Sequence record: MN091626.1
Direction: 5' to 3' (one strand)
DNA: 64,000 nt
The notes under the pieces were generated by a model. It was not told the origin of the DNA. It saw nothing but the letters and a program-made list of their open reading frames with translations, and did not search any database. Shown here in pieces: positions 29,856 through 41,700 of the stretch; position 1 is the stretch's first letter; each line of letters starts with the position of its first letter. The translations under genes and the position numbers were made by a program.

Positions 29856-32800
29856 TTATTTACCTGAAAATACTGGTATAGCAGATCTCACATCAATGTT
29901 GAATTGATCTCCATAAGCTCTATTAATAGCTTCTTGAAGATCAGAATCTCCTTGTGAAGGTCCATTATTATTACCTGGATTGATAATAATAGTACTTCCG
30001 TTTCCATTATTACCACCTGTACCAGGATTATATGGATCATTAGGATTAACAATGACATTACCATTATTATTACCATTAGCTCCATTGTTTCCATTTTGTC
30101 CATTATTTCCAGTATTGCCGTTGCTACCATTATTTCCATTTGCACCGTTAATAATATCTGGGTTATTTTGTAAATTATCTTTAATGATTTTATCAATTTC
30201 TTTATTAATTTCTTTGATAATTACATTACCTTTAGAATCAACTAAGTCACCTTTATTATTGATAGTTGTGTTATTAAAGATATTATCACCTTTATTAATA
30301 GTAGTGTTATTACCTTTAAATGACATTTTTCTAAGCTGATCTAACATCTTAGCTGTATTCTTATCAATATTACTTGTATGCTTAGTAATTTCATCTAAAT
30401 CCATACGTTTTTGCTTATCAACTTTCATAGGTCCATTTTTGTAAGATACTGTAGAATTGTTATAATTATTGGTAATATTATAAATATTTCTTACAGTATT
30501 ATTATCGCCTTGAATTGTTTGATGAGTAGTAGAATTGTTGGTTGTAGTTCCTGGTGAAGTATAGTTATTATTAACTATAGTAGAATTAGTATTTCCACCA
30601 TTATTAATTACAGTACTTCCACCAGAAGAACTTCCTGATCCTTGTTGTTGAGATTGATTTGGCATTGATGAAGATGACCCATCTTGACCATTTGCACCAG
30701 ATTGACCATCAGAACCACTAGATCCTGATGAACCTGAAGAACCAGAGTCTCCTGATTCACCATCTTCTCCATCAGATCCTGATGATCCGGATTCAGATTT
30801 CTTCTTACCGGCTTCAGATTTAAGCTTTTCTTGTTGTTCTTGGTCTATTTTTTTGGCTTCTTCGTAATCAATACCATATATTTGAGCGTAACGTTTCATT
30901 AAACGGTCATTTAATGCTTCTTGTTCTTCTTCATCCATACGGTTATCGTCACGTCCAGTAATGGATCCGTACCAAGTACCATTTTTGAAACTATATTCTG
31001 AAGCTCCTGGTGAATCTCCTGATTCTGAACTTTCATCACTTGAGCTTCCGCTATCAGAACCTCCTTCACCATATCTCATATAACCATCAATTCCCCATTT
31101 AGGGTTTTTATATTTATTAGCACTGTTAATAACAACACCATCAACACCATTAGCCTCTACTTGTTTACCTCCACCAATGTACATTGTAACGTGTTCTATA
31201 TTATCACATAAAATAATGTCACCTGGTTTAAGGTCTTTGGGGCTTTTAGCTTTAATTTTCTTAAAAGGCGTATCTCCATTCCAGAATGAATGAGTAGTGG
31301 CGTTCTTATCCATATCTAAACCAGCTTTTACATAAGCTCTAGCTATCAAACTAGAACAGTCAAAAGAATTAGCTCCTTGTCTGTTAGGTTGTGAATATTT
31401 TGCACCAACCTGTTTCTTAGCCCATGCAACAGCTTTATCAATTTTGGCTTTTTGACTTCCGCCACCGCCACCGCCTCTTTGTATAGGTGGATTACCTTTA
31501 ATTATTCCTGTTCTACGTGAGCTTTTGTTTTTTCCTGATGTAGATGAAACCATGTTAGAAAATTTACTAATATCATTTGTATCAGCTATAACTGAACCGG
31601 CCCCACCTCCGCCAGCTCCTCCACCTTTTTTCTTAGTAGATTTTTTACCAGAACCACTGAATTGTTTGATAAAAGCATTACCAGAAGAAATACGTGACCC
31701 TAAAGCAGGAACGCCAGCTCTTTCATATTTACTTACCCAAGAAGCAGCTGCCTGTTCTACTGTTTTAGTAGTTTTAAGGTGAGATAAGGCAGCACTTTCT
31801 GATCCACTTAATTCTTTCCATAAATAATCTAATTGTAAGTCTAAATCAGACCATTTTTTACCTTTTTCTTTAGCATATTTCATTAAACCTTGTCTACGAG
31901 TATTATCCCATTGAGCAATACCAATACCATAACCAGAAATAGCACTATTAGCTTTTGCTTCATCAAATTTGGCATCTCCTTGAACACGATCAGCTTTCAT
32001 TCCAGATTCATGTGCAAAGTTACCTAAAACACCAGCAGTTTGTTCATCAGAAAGTCCTTTATCTTTAAGGAAATTCCAAATTTTCTCTGCACCTTCACCT
32101 TCAATTCCGGCTGCATCACTTCCTGAAGATGATGCTGAACTTGATGAAGATGATCCAGAGCCAGCCATAAAACCAGCCATGATATCATTCATCATTCCTC
32201 CGAGCTTGTCAAACCAGTCTCCAATAGTGTTAACTACTTCTCCACCTGGTTCATTTATATCTAATTTAGATTTTTTCTTTTTCTTCTTACTTAGTAGAGA
32301 ATAAAAAGGAGACATACGCATCATAGTTTCTGCTAATTTCTTAGGAGCCTTTTTAAGTTTACTCATAAGATTTTTAGGCATTAATTTATTCATTTGATGA
32401 CCAATTCTACCCATTACTGATAATGGTGAATTTTTCATAGCTCCGTCTACATCTTTTTTAATGTCGTCTCTAGTTTTTCCTGCTGATTCTTCTACTTGTT
32501 TCTTAGCATCTTTGTTAGCTTTATCTGACATTCCATTCATTTCAGCTATTTCTTTTTTAGCTCTATCAGATGCTTCACTTTCAATTCCTTCTTGATATGA
32601 GCTTAATTCTTCTTTACTAGCTTCAGTCATTTCTTTACTCATATTTCCCATTTCTTCTTCATGACTAGAGAATTTGTCTTTTAACCATCCCCAACCAGAT
32701 TTAATTAATCCAGTTCCTCCTTGAAGAAGCATAGAAGTCATACCAGTTAAATTACTTAAGCCTTTACCGGCTAATGCTAAAGGAGCCATCATTAACATAG

Positions 32801-35735
32801 AAGCACCACCGACAACTTTTTTAATCAACCCACCAAAGCCACTTGATTTTTCTTCCATAGCCATATCAGTTTGATCTCCAAAGCTTTTAGCCATACCTGT
32901 AGTTTTCTGAACCATGTTCATACCTAAACCAAATGCTGGTTTTACAATTGATTTATATAATCCCATTCCAGCTAATCCTAATAAAGGAGTAGAAGCTAAT
33001 AAAGGATTATCTTTAATAAAACCGCCTATAATTGAAGATTTATCTACAGAACCATCCATTTTAGTATCAACTGAAGGATCAACTGCAAAATTTTCTCCAC
33101 CAGGTTGAGTTGAATCTAATTTCTCTTGTTCTTTTTTAGTTTTAGAAGGATGATCATTGAATCCAATAATGCTACCTAATGTTTTAATTGGATGTTTTAA
33201 TGATTCTATAGGATGAGTTATTGTTCTAATAATATCTGGTCCAGCTAATGCCAATGATGCAATTTGTCCAATACCAGGTATAGCATTTACTCCAACACGA
33301 GCACCTACTTTAGCTCCTGCTTTAAGTAATCCTTTACCTACAGCTTTTTTAGCACCTTTTCCAGCAGCCATTTTAGCAGCTCTAGCTTTAAGTTTTCCTT
33401 TAAGTCTACTACCTGCACCAGCCATTAAAGCACCACTAGCAGCAAATTTGCCAGTTAAAGAACCACCCATGCTAGTTACTTTACCACCTAATTTAGTATT
33501 AGATAATTTACCTATTTTTTCTTTAACAAGATCTTTACCTTTGTTTTTATATTTATCAAATTTTTCTTTGAGATGTTTATTACCCTCAATAAAATCTTGA
33601 GCTTCTCCTACTTTATCTGCAAAATCTTTATCATCTGAATTGTCAGAAGATTTAGCTTGTCCATTTTCTAAAGTTTGTTCATTAGGAATAATAGTAGATC
33701 TATTATCTTCATCTTTAATATTATCATTTCTTGTATTATCAGATTTTCTACTTTGATTTGTATTAGAAGATGCTGTAGAAGTATTTTTATTTAAAGTTTG
33801 CTCTCTAGGATCTATTTCTCTAGAAACATTATCATTAGGTTGATTCACATCACTAATTATACCACTTGAATTACTGTCACTAGAATTACTGTTATATCTT
33901 TTCTCAGGTATTTTGCTATTTATTCTAGATACAATTTGTTTAATTTCACTTATATCTTTATTAACGATATTGAAGTTAATATTATCGTATACTGCATCTT
34001 TATTAGTGCTAAGAATACCACTTCCATTTTCATTATTTAATTTAGAAGTAATATTTTTAGAAGTACCTTTTCTTTTATTTTCATCATTAAGAGCATTTAT
34101 AGAACTACTAGATAGTTTCTTCTTAATATCTTTAGATTCTTTATTTAATTGCATTCTAGTTTTAGTTAAACTAGTTTTAGCTTCTTTATCATTAAATAAT
34201 TTATCTAGGAGAATATTAAATGGATCATTCGGGTCATTTGATTTAACCTGATCAAGTTCATTGCTTTTATTAATATTTTTAGAAATAATTTCTTTAATCT
34301 TAGATGTAGCTTTATTTTTGTTATCTTCATTACTGAAAAGATCAATTCCCATTTCAGAAGCTATATTTTCAAATTCTTTAGTAAAACTAGATTCCTTGAT
34401 AGTTTTATTAACTTTTTCTTCTATATCATCTTTAATTGACTTAGAAGTTTTAAATGAACCTGAATCATAGTCATAATGAATTTCTTGCCCATCTTCTGAA
34501 GTTAAACCAACTATTTTAGATAAATAACCAGGTATAACTGTATTAAGTGTATTATGAGTTTCTACATCAAAAGCAACTTTCTGATGTCTATCTTTTCTGT
34601 TAGCAGTTGATATACCACCATTTACACTATCAAATATTTTATCAATTAATTTACTTTTACCTGATTTAACATCCTCAAGAAGATCATCTCTTCTTTTATC
34701 TCTTTTTCTTTGTTTAGTACCATCGTCATTATCTTTACCAAAAGGAATAATTTTTTTATTGGCAAATTTACCAACTGCTTTTTCTATGAAAGTATTTTCA
34801 TTATTAAGAAAATCAAAAGCTTTACCTTTAGCTACATCAACTAAACCTAAATTTTTAATCCCTTGCTTTTTAGAACCGATAACTTCTTTAAGCAATTCAG
34901 TTCCTTGTTTTTTAATAAAGTCTTTAGCTTTATCTTTGAATCCTTCTTCTTGAGATCCTTCTAATATATTTGATAAAGTTATATTAGATAGGAATAAATC
35001 TTCTAATGAATTACTATTTTTAATTTCAGATATATTCTTAATTTTAGTATTATGTCTAATAGCATTACTAGTTTGAATTAAACCATTTAAGTTCTGGAAC
35101 ATACTTTCTCTAATACTATCATTAGCTTCTCTCATTAAATTAAGATTATCAATCATAGAAGTAAACCCAGTAGTATTTATTTGAGAAAGATTAGATACAG
35201 AAGAAGTTAATAGAGCTGTAGATTTAGCAGAAGAACCGCCATCATTAATAACTGTTGTAGAAGATACTATTTTAGATTTGTTATCTTCTTCTCCGTCAAA
35301 GTCATCAAATTCAAAATCTCCATCTAAAGAATCATCTGTGTCAGAATCCATATCTGAAAAACTATCATCAAAACCAAAATCTTCAAAATCACCACCGATA
35401 TCCATACCCATGTTATTGAAGTCTTTTAGTGATCCTTTATCTTGGATAGTTTCTCCAGTTTTAAAGGTATTTTTAGTAGATTCTAAAGCTTCTTTAGATA
35501 AATCTTTAGTAGATTCACTTATCTTTTGTAATTGTTTTTTCTTTTTATTCTTTAATTCTTTGACAGCTTTTAATGGATTATTTTGATCCATCATACGTTT
35601 CATGTCATTAGACTTCATTTTATTTAAATTTTTGTTAAATTCAATATCTATATATTTTCTAGAAGATTTAGAGGAGGAGTTATTTCTAAACTCCTTCTCT
35701 ATCTTGCTAGTGTTAAATTTCTTATCTCTAGCCAA
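29856..35735 (-). CDS. Giant tail-associated protein with phage tail lysozyme and NlpC/P60 domains
   Basis: 'KIWNFLKDKGLSDEQTAGVLGNFAHES...GIGIAQW' (~31660-32100); 'SFDCSSLI...PGDII...EHVTMYIG' (~31073-31445); Gly/Ala/Lys-rich tape-measure-like tracts; Asn/Gly-rich tail. Confidence 0.85.
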   Translation of the reverse strand: MARDKKFNTSKIEKEFRNNSSSKSSRKYIDIEFNKNLNKMKSNDMKRMMDQNNPLKAVKELKNKKKKQLQKISESTKDLSKEALESTKNTFKTGETIQDKGSLKDFNNMGMDIGGDFEDFGFDDSFSDMDSDTDDSLDGDFEFDDFDGEEDNKSKIVSSTTVINDGGSSAKSTALLTSSVSNLSQINTTGFTSMIDNLNLMREANDSIRESMFQNLNGLIQTSNAIRHNTKIKNISEIKNSNSLEDLFLSNITLSNILEGSQEEGFKDKAKDFIKKQGTELLKEVIGSKKQGIKNLGLVDVAKGKAFDFLNNENTFIEKAVGKFANKKIIPFGKDNDDGTKQRKRDKRRDDLLEDVKSGKSKLIDKIFDSVNGGISTANRKDRHQKVAFDVETHNTLNTVIPGYLSKIVGLTSEDGQEIHYDYDSGSFKTSKSIKDDIEEKVNKTIKESSFTKEFENIASEMGIDLFSNEDNKNKATSKIKEIISKNINKSNELDQVKSNDPNDPFNILLDKLFNDKEAKTSLTKTRMQLNKESKDIKKKLSSSSINALNDENKRKGTSKNITSKLNNENGSGILSTNKDAVYDNINFNIVNKDISEIKQIVSRINSKIPEKRYNSNSSDSNSSGIISDVNQPNDNVSREIDPREQTLNKNTSTASSNTNQSRKSDNTRNDNIKDEDNRSTIIPNEQTLENGQAKSSDNSDDKDFADKVGEAQDFIEGNKHLKEKFDKYKNKGKDLVKEKIGKLSNTKLGGKVTSMGGSLTGKFAASGALMAGAGSRLKGKLKARAAKMAAGKGAKKAVGKGLLKAGAKVGARVGVNAIPGIGQIASLALAGPDIIRTITHPIESLKHPIKTLGSIIGFNDHPSKTKKEQEKLDSTQPGGENFAVDPSVDTKMDGSVDKSSIIGGFIKDNPLLASTPLLGLAGMGLYKSIVKPAFGLGMNMVQKTTGMAKSFGDQTDMAMEEKSSGFGGLIKKVVGGASMLMMAPLALAGKGLSNLTGMTSMLLQGGTGLIKSGWGWLKDKFSSHEEEMGNMSKEMTEASKEELSSYQEGIESEASDRAKKEIAEMNGMSDKANKDAKKQVEESAGKTRDDIKKDVDGAMKNSPLSVMGRIGHQMNKLMPKNLMSKLKKAPKKLAETMMRMSPFYSLLSKKKKKKSKLDINEPGGEVVNTIGDWFDKLGGMMNDIMAGFMAGSGSSSSSSASSSGSDAAGIEGEGAEKIWNFLKDKGLSDEQTAGVLGNFAHESGMKADRVQGDAKFDEAKANSAISGYGIGIAQWDNTRRQGLMKYAKEKGKKWSDLDLQLDYLWKELSGSESAALSHLKTTKTVEQAAASWVSKYERAGVPALGSRISSGNAFIKQFSGSGKKSTKKKGGGAGGGGAGSVIADTNDISKFSNMVSSTSGKNKSSRRTGIIKGNPPIQRGGGGGGSQKAKIDKAVAWAKKQVGAKYSQPNRQGANSFDCSSLIARAYVKAGLDMDKNATTHSFWNGDTPFKKIKAKSPKDLKPGDIILCDNIEHVTMYIGGGKQVEANGVDGVVINSANKYKNPKWGIDGYMRYGEGGSDSGSSSDESSESGDSPGASEYSFKNGTWYGSITGRDDNRMDEEEQEALNDRLMKRYAQIYGIDYEEAKKIDQEQQEKLKSEAGKKKSESGSSGSDGEDGESGDSGSSGSSGSSGSDGQSGANGQDGSSSSMPNQSQQQGSGSSSGGSTVINNGGNTNSTIVNNNYTSPGTTTNNSTTHQTIQGDNNTVRNIYNITNNYNNSTVSYKNGPMKVDKQKRMDLDEITKHTSNIDKNTAKMLDQLRKMSFKGNNTTINKGDNIFNNTTINNKGDLVDSKGNVIIKEINKEIDKIIKDNLQNNPDIINGANGNNGSNGNTGNNGQNGNNGANGNNNGNVIVNPNDPYNPGTGGNNGNGSTIIINPGNNNGPSQGDSDLQEAINRAYGDQFNIDVRSAIPVFSGK

Positions 35736-35758
35736 TTATTAGTTCCACCTCCTGCTAT

Positions 35759-38700
35759 CTATTTCAATTCTTCTAATAAACGGTCTAATTCTTTAGTAGA
35801 TGCTAATGTATTTTTATCTATATTAGCTAACATTCTTACTAAATCATCTGAATACCATAATTTTTCATAATCATAAGTATAACCAGAGTTACCATTTTCA
35901 ATTTTAGAATTTTTATGATTGTTTACAATTTTATTATAATGGTTAGTTACTCGGTTTTTACCTTTTATAAATTCTTTATTCACATTTTCATTATTAATGA
36001 CATTACTTTGTCCATTTTGATAATTGTTATTAACTGTTTTAGTATTTTTACTACCTTGATTGTTAACAGCATTATTACCTCTATTAATATTAGAAAAACC
36101 ACTATTAGCTAATGTTGGTAATTGGAATACCGGAGGATTTCCGATATTCTTATTATTAGTTATTTGAGATCTTGATTCTTGTGGTTTAGATGGCGATGCT
36201 GAAGAATCAGAACTATCTGAAGATTCTTCATCTCCAGAATCTTCACTTCCAGATCCTGATGAACCTGATCCGGATTCAGATTTCTTCTTACCGGCTTCAG
36301 ATTTTTTCTTTTCTTGTTGTTCTTGATCGATCTTTTTAGCTTCTTCATAGTCAATACCGTATATCTGAGCATAACGTTTCATTAATCTATCATTTAATTC
36401 TTCTTGCTCGTCTTCATCCATACGGTTATCATCACGACCAGTTATTGAACCATACCAAGTACCATTTTTGAAACTATATTCTGAAGCTCCTGGACCTGAT
36501 TCACTATTTCCTTCTTTATCATCTTCATCACTTTTAGAAGCAGAAGAACTAGATCCTCCTCCGCCAATAGTCTCTTTAATTGTACTTGCTAAAGCTTTCT
36601 TACCTTTACTATTCGGATGAACACCTAAACCATCATTTTCAATCATATCAGAACTGGCTTTACTATTCCAGTCTATTACTTTTGAATCTGAACTTTCAAT
36701 AGCTTTATTAGTTGCTTCAATAATATCAGAAATATCAGATCCTTTTCTCTTTTCAGGATCTACATACGTATTAACAAAGTATACATCTGCTTTGTCATAC
36801 ATATCTTCTATTTCTTTAACATTACCTGTAGTTAATCCTCCATTAGTACCTAATTGCACTATAATTGCATTTTTATCTTTATTGTATTTCTTTTTGTTGG
36901 ATTCTAATACATTTTTACCATTAGGCGAAGGACCTCCACTTGAATAAGTTCTTGAAGGAACTGCATTAATTTGAATTTTACTAACTGATTTTCTTATTTC
37001 AGAAGCAGCTCCTGCACCTATGGAGTCACCTACCATAAATACTTTATTGTAGGATTTACCTCCACCGCCTCCACCAGTTACCGTTTTAGCTATTTTTCTA
37101 ATGGCTTCAGGAGTATTACTGAATGGAAATCTATCTTTAATAAAATTATCAACTCGTTTTTTAATCTTCTTAATATTGTATATATCTGAATTGTAAATCT
37201 TAGTTTTTTCTTTTTCTGCCTTTTCTTCAGTTTTCTTCTGATTATTTTCTAATTTATTTAAAAGAGCTCTATCATTTCTTACTTCTTTAGCTCTTTGTCT
37301 TTTAGCTTCTTTGACTTCTTGTGATTTATAACCACCGTCTACCATTTTTACAGTAGGATCAAATGCAGCTCCACCTTTTTTACCTTTTTTAGATTTTCCA
37401 GCTTTACTACCTTTGTCTTCATCACTACCGCCTTTAGAACCTTTTAAAGGAGCTTTAATCCAAGGTGATGGATCTACAGAGTTTTTCTCCATAGCCCAAC
37501 CGCCTGGTTTACCTTTATTTATTTGGAAGTGAAGGTGACCTGAACCAGCAGTATTAGCACCAGTGTTACCTGAGATTGCTATAACTTGTCCAATTTTAAC
37601 TTTATCGCCCTTTTTAACTAATTGTTTAGTTAAATGCATATACGTACTATAGATGTTACCAGGTGATTTAACTTGAACAATATTACCTCCACCCGGATCG
37701 GTGTTTGATCTAATAACTGTACCTTCTACCATACATTTAACTTTTTGACCTGGAAGCATACCTATATCAATACCATAGTGCTTTCCTCCGTTAAATGATA
37801 AACCAGAATAGTTACCATATGGTTGCCAAATCGCAGCACTTGGTATTTTTTTCATCCAAGCACCAACTGTGCCATCTGGTATTTGATTAATAGAACCAGG
37901 TACAATTTTCTTAGTATTCATATCTACTTCGCCAGCTTCACCTGAAACTTCAGGTTCACCGTCTCCACCAGAATCGCCACCACTGGAATTTTTCATTTTA
38001 GACATTGCAACAACCATTTCTTCCATTTTAACTAAGAAACGACTGAACCAATCTCCGATTTCTCCTTTACCATATTTAGAGAAATCAATTCCGCCTTTAG
38101 CTATTTGATACAAACTACCTAGAGGTGTACTCATGAACATATCTTTTTGAATATCTTCTTCAGCTTTTGGTCCTGATTTCATTTTATTATCAGTAATTGT
38201 TTTAAACATATCTCCACCAACTTTAGCTAGTGGGAACATAGGAGATGCTCTAAACATTAGTTTAGAAGTACTTAATATTAATCTACCTAAACCTGTTTGA
38301 TCTTCAGTATGTTTTTCTTCTTTACTTTTAGCTTCATCTTCTATTTTATCACCAGGATGTTCACCAATTCCGAAGAAACTACCTAATGTTTTAATTGGAT
38401 GTTTTAATGATTCTATAGGATGTTTAATAGTTTTAATGATATCAGGAGCCCACATTGCTGCACCAATTACTGGTCCAACAAATGGTATGAATGGTAAGGC
38501 TGTTTTCAAACCTGCTTTTAATGCAAATTTTCCTCCAGCTTTCATTGCACCTTTACCAAATAATTTATTTTTAGCTTTACCTATAGCACCAAAAGCTTTT
38601 CCTCCAAGTTTCTTAGCTCCACCGAATAAACCTTTACCGATAGATTTAGCTCTGTTAAAACCTTTAGAAGCAAATTTACTTATTCCTTTAGTTGCAGCTG

Positions 38701-41700
38701 AAGCATTCTTTTTATTAAATATTTTAGATATACCACTTTTAGCTACTTTTCCTATAGTTTTACCGGCACTTAATCCTTTTTTAACTAATCCTGCACCTTT
38801 ACCTATAACCATTTTACCTAAAGATTTAACAGAAGGTAATTTATCTTTAGCAAATTTTCCAATACCTTTAAATACATTACCTATTTTTTTAGGAGCACCT
38901 TTAATACCTCTAAATAATTTTCCTAATCCAAATTTTCCAGCTATATTTTTAATTCCGCCACCTATTTTACCTAACATGCCAGGCATACTAGTAAAGAATT
39001 TACCTATTCCGCTTGGTAATAATTTAGATAATAATTTAGGTCCAAATTTAGCAGCTAAGAATCCTCCAGCACCCAACATTGCAGCGTTACCTAAGAATCC
39101 TCCAGCAGATGCTAAGAATCCTTTCTTACCAGGTTCTAGATCTTTTTTACCATTTTTACCTTTCATTAATGAACCTAATACAGCTGCAGAAGTTCCAGCA
39201 AATAAAACTGGTCCCATTTTACTAAAATCAAGCATACCATTCATCATTTTTTTAGCACCAATGGATTTTTCAGCTTCTCCACCTTTTCCAAAGTTTATAT
39301 TACCTCTAATGGATTCAGCAATTTCTTTTTTATTGGAACCTGTTATTTTAGACATAACATCTTCCCCAGATTTTCCTGCATCGGCAGTTGAAAGGCCTTG
39401 TTTCATTCTTTCTAAAGCTCCAGCATCTTGAGAATCTTTCATATCTTTTTTAATAGTTGGATCATTGCCAAAAGCAGTTTTAACTAAATCGATTATTGTA
39501 CTCTTAGCTTTCTTTTCTTTTTCCTCTCTAGTTAAATCATCTATCGTTTTGCTTGGTTCTTTAGTGTAAGCATTTTTATTAGCTTCATTATTATTAATTG
39601 ATAATTTATTTAAACCAGGAATATTCTTCATTAAATCCATTAATGGATTATTATCTATAATACTAGATTGATTTATATTCTGATAAGGATATTCATCATC
39701 TTGATCTGGTTGAGTATTTTCTTGAGTTGAATTAACTCTACTAGATGCAGGAGAAACCATATCTTTAATAGCACTTGTAGGGTTTTCTTTGTATTCTTTA
39801 GCTTTATTAACTGCATTAGAAAGACTATTTAATTTATCCATTACAGAAGCATGAGCTTCATTACTTCCATTATTTCCACTTAGAATAGGGAAATTTTTAC
39901 CTTTATCTATGATACTATTGATTGTATTAACTTTATTATTAATAAATTCTTTATTATTATTAATATTATCATTACTGAAATTATTGTCTAATTTTCTTTC
40001 TATTTCTAAGAAAATATTTTTAATTTCTTCTAAATCACTATTTTCCCAGTTAATATTACCAAAATCTTTAATCTGATTAATATTATCATTATTATTAGAT
40101 CTAGAATAAGTCGAATTAGATTTATTTAAACCTTCTATTTCAGTAAATGCCATTATTCTTGAATTATCTTTTTTATCAAGTGTTTTTGAAATAGATTTCT
40201 TAATATTGAATAAATCAGTATTAAATTTAGCTGAATTCTTTTCAAACACTTCAGATAATGACTCAGTATTAACATTTATATTTTTCTGATTAACTATTTC
40301 TTTAAGTTTAGAAGTTTTTTGGATAGGTTTGTCTATTTTAGTTAATTCAGCTAAAACTTCTTTAGTTCTTTCTTCATCATTATCTAATTTAGATAATAAT
40401 TCTTTACCTAAATAAGTATCTTTAAAATTAAATAAAGAATCTGATTTAATCTTATCCAAGTCTTTTTTCTTAGCCGAACCTCGATTTTCCCAAACGCCTT
40501 TTCGGTAATTATAGATACTACCTAATTCAGCATTATCTGCTAATCCGCCTGAACGACCTTCTTTTTTGGCTATCAAATTACCTTGAAGTCTAGATAAGAA
40601 GTCTGGTATAACTTTATTAATAGACGTATGAGATTCCATATCAAATTGAACAGGAGTATCTTTTTTACGTTTATTTTTTAGAGAAATACCTCCTTTACCA
40701 TCACCTAATAACTCTTCTTTAAATTGATCTAATCTACCTGAAAGAGCATTTCCTAAATTAGATATATACTTATTATCATTGCCAGTTAATCTTTCTAAAC
40801 CTTTAGTAAGTTTACTATCTTCATCAAGATTTCTATTAATAAGCATAGAACCTATATTTTGTGGATCAAATCTTTTATTCAATCTATTAAATATATTTTT
40901 ATTGTCGCCTTCAGGATCATAACCACCAATATCACCGTAAAGAAGTTTATTAAATGCAATTTTAGCTCCTTGAGTTGCAGCAAATTCAATAGGATTTTTA
41001 GCTACACCCATCAGCATTGATTTAAGTTGGTCTCCGGACATCATACCCATTAATAAATTTTCAGGATTAGTTTTCTCATCCAAATATTTTAATAAACTAA
41101 TATTACCATTCAATATAGAATGTAATTTACTTTGTTTATTTCTTTTGGTATTTTCTTCCATTATTGTATTTTGATATATACCATCTTGTATTGTACTTAA
41201 ATTTGATAAAGCTGAATCTACGAGACTGTTAGTTGCTTGCATTGATAAAGAATAATTATTCAGTGCAATATTTGTTCCAACAAATCCTCTTTGATTTATC
41301 TCAGCTAAATTATTCATTGCTACTAGAGGTGAATTTGTTATTTTAGATTTCTTTTTATCTGATAAACTAACAATTTCAGATTTAGTCCCATCAGGATTAT
41401 CAATATATTCTGTTACTGATTCATATTCAGGTTTTTCATTAGATAATTTTTCATTACTACTTGAAAAAAGATCATTTTCATTAGATTTATTTTTTAGTGT
41501 TTTTAATAAATCATTAGTAGAACCTTTAACTTCAGAAAATTTCTTTAATCTTCTTTCATCATTGTTGAATAATTTTAAACCTGAATCTCCCACTATAGCA
41601 TCTAATGATGGATTAGATTTTATAAACGCATTAAAAAGAATACGACCAGTATTTTTAGAAGCATTTTTAATGACAGTTGATTTATTGTTATTTTCTAATT

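Noticed and set aside
29980-30800. GxN/GSS low-complexity repeats as a possible array
   Set aside because: In-frame coding linkers of the tail protein; no constant repeat-spacer periodicity, so not CRISPR.
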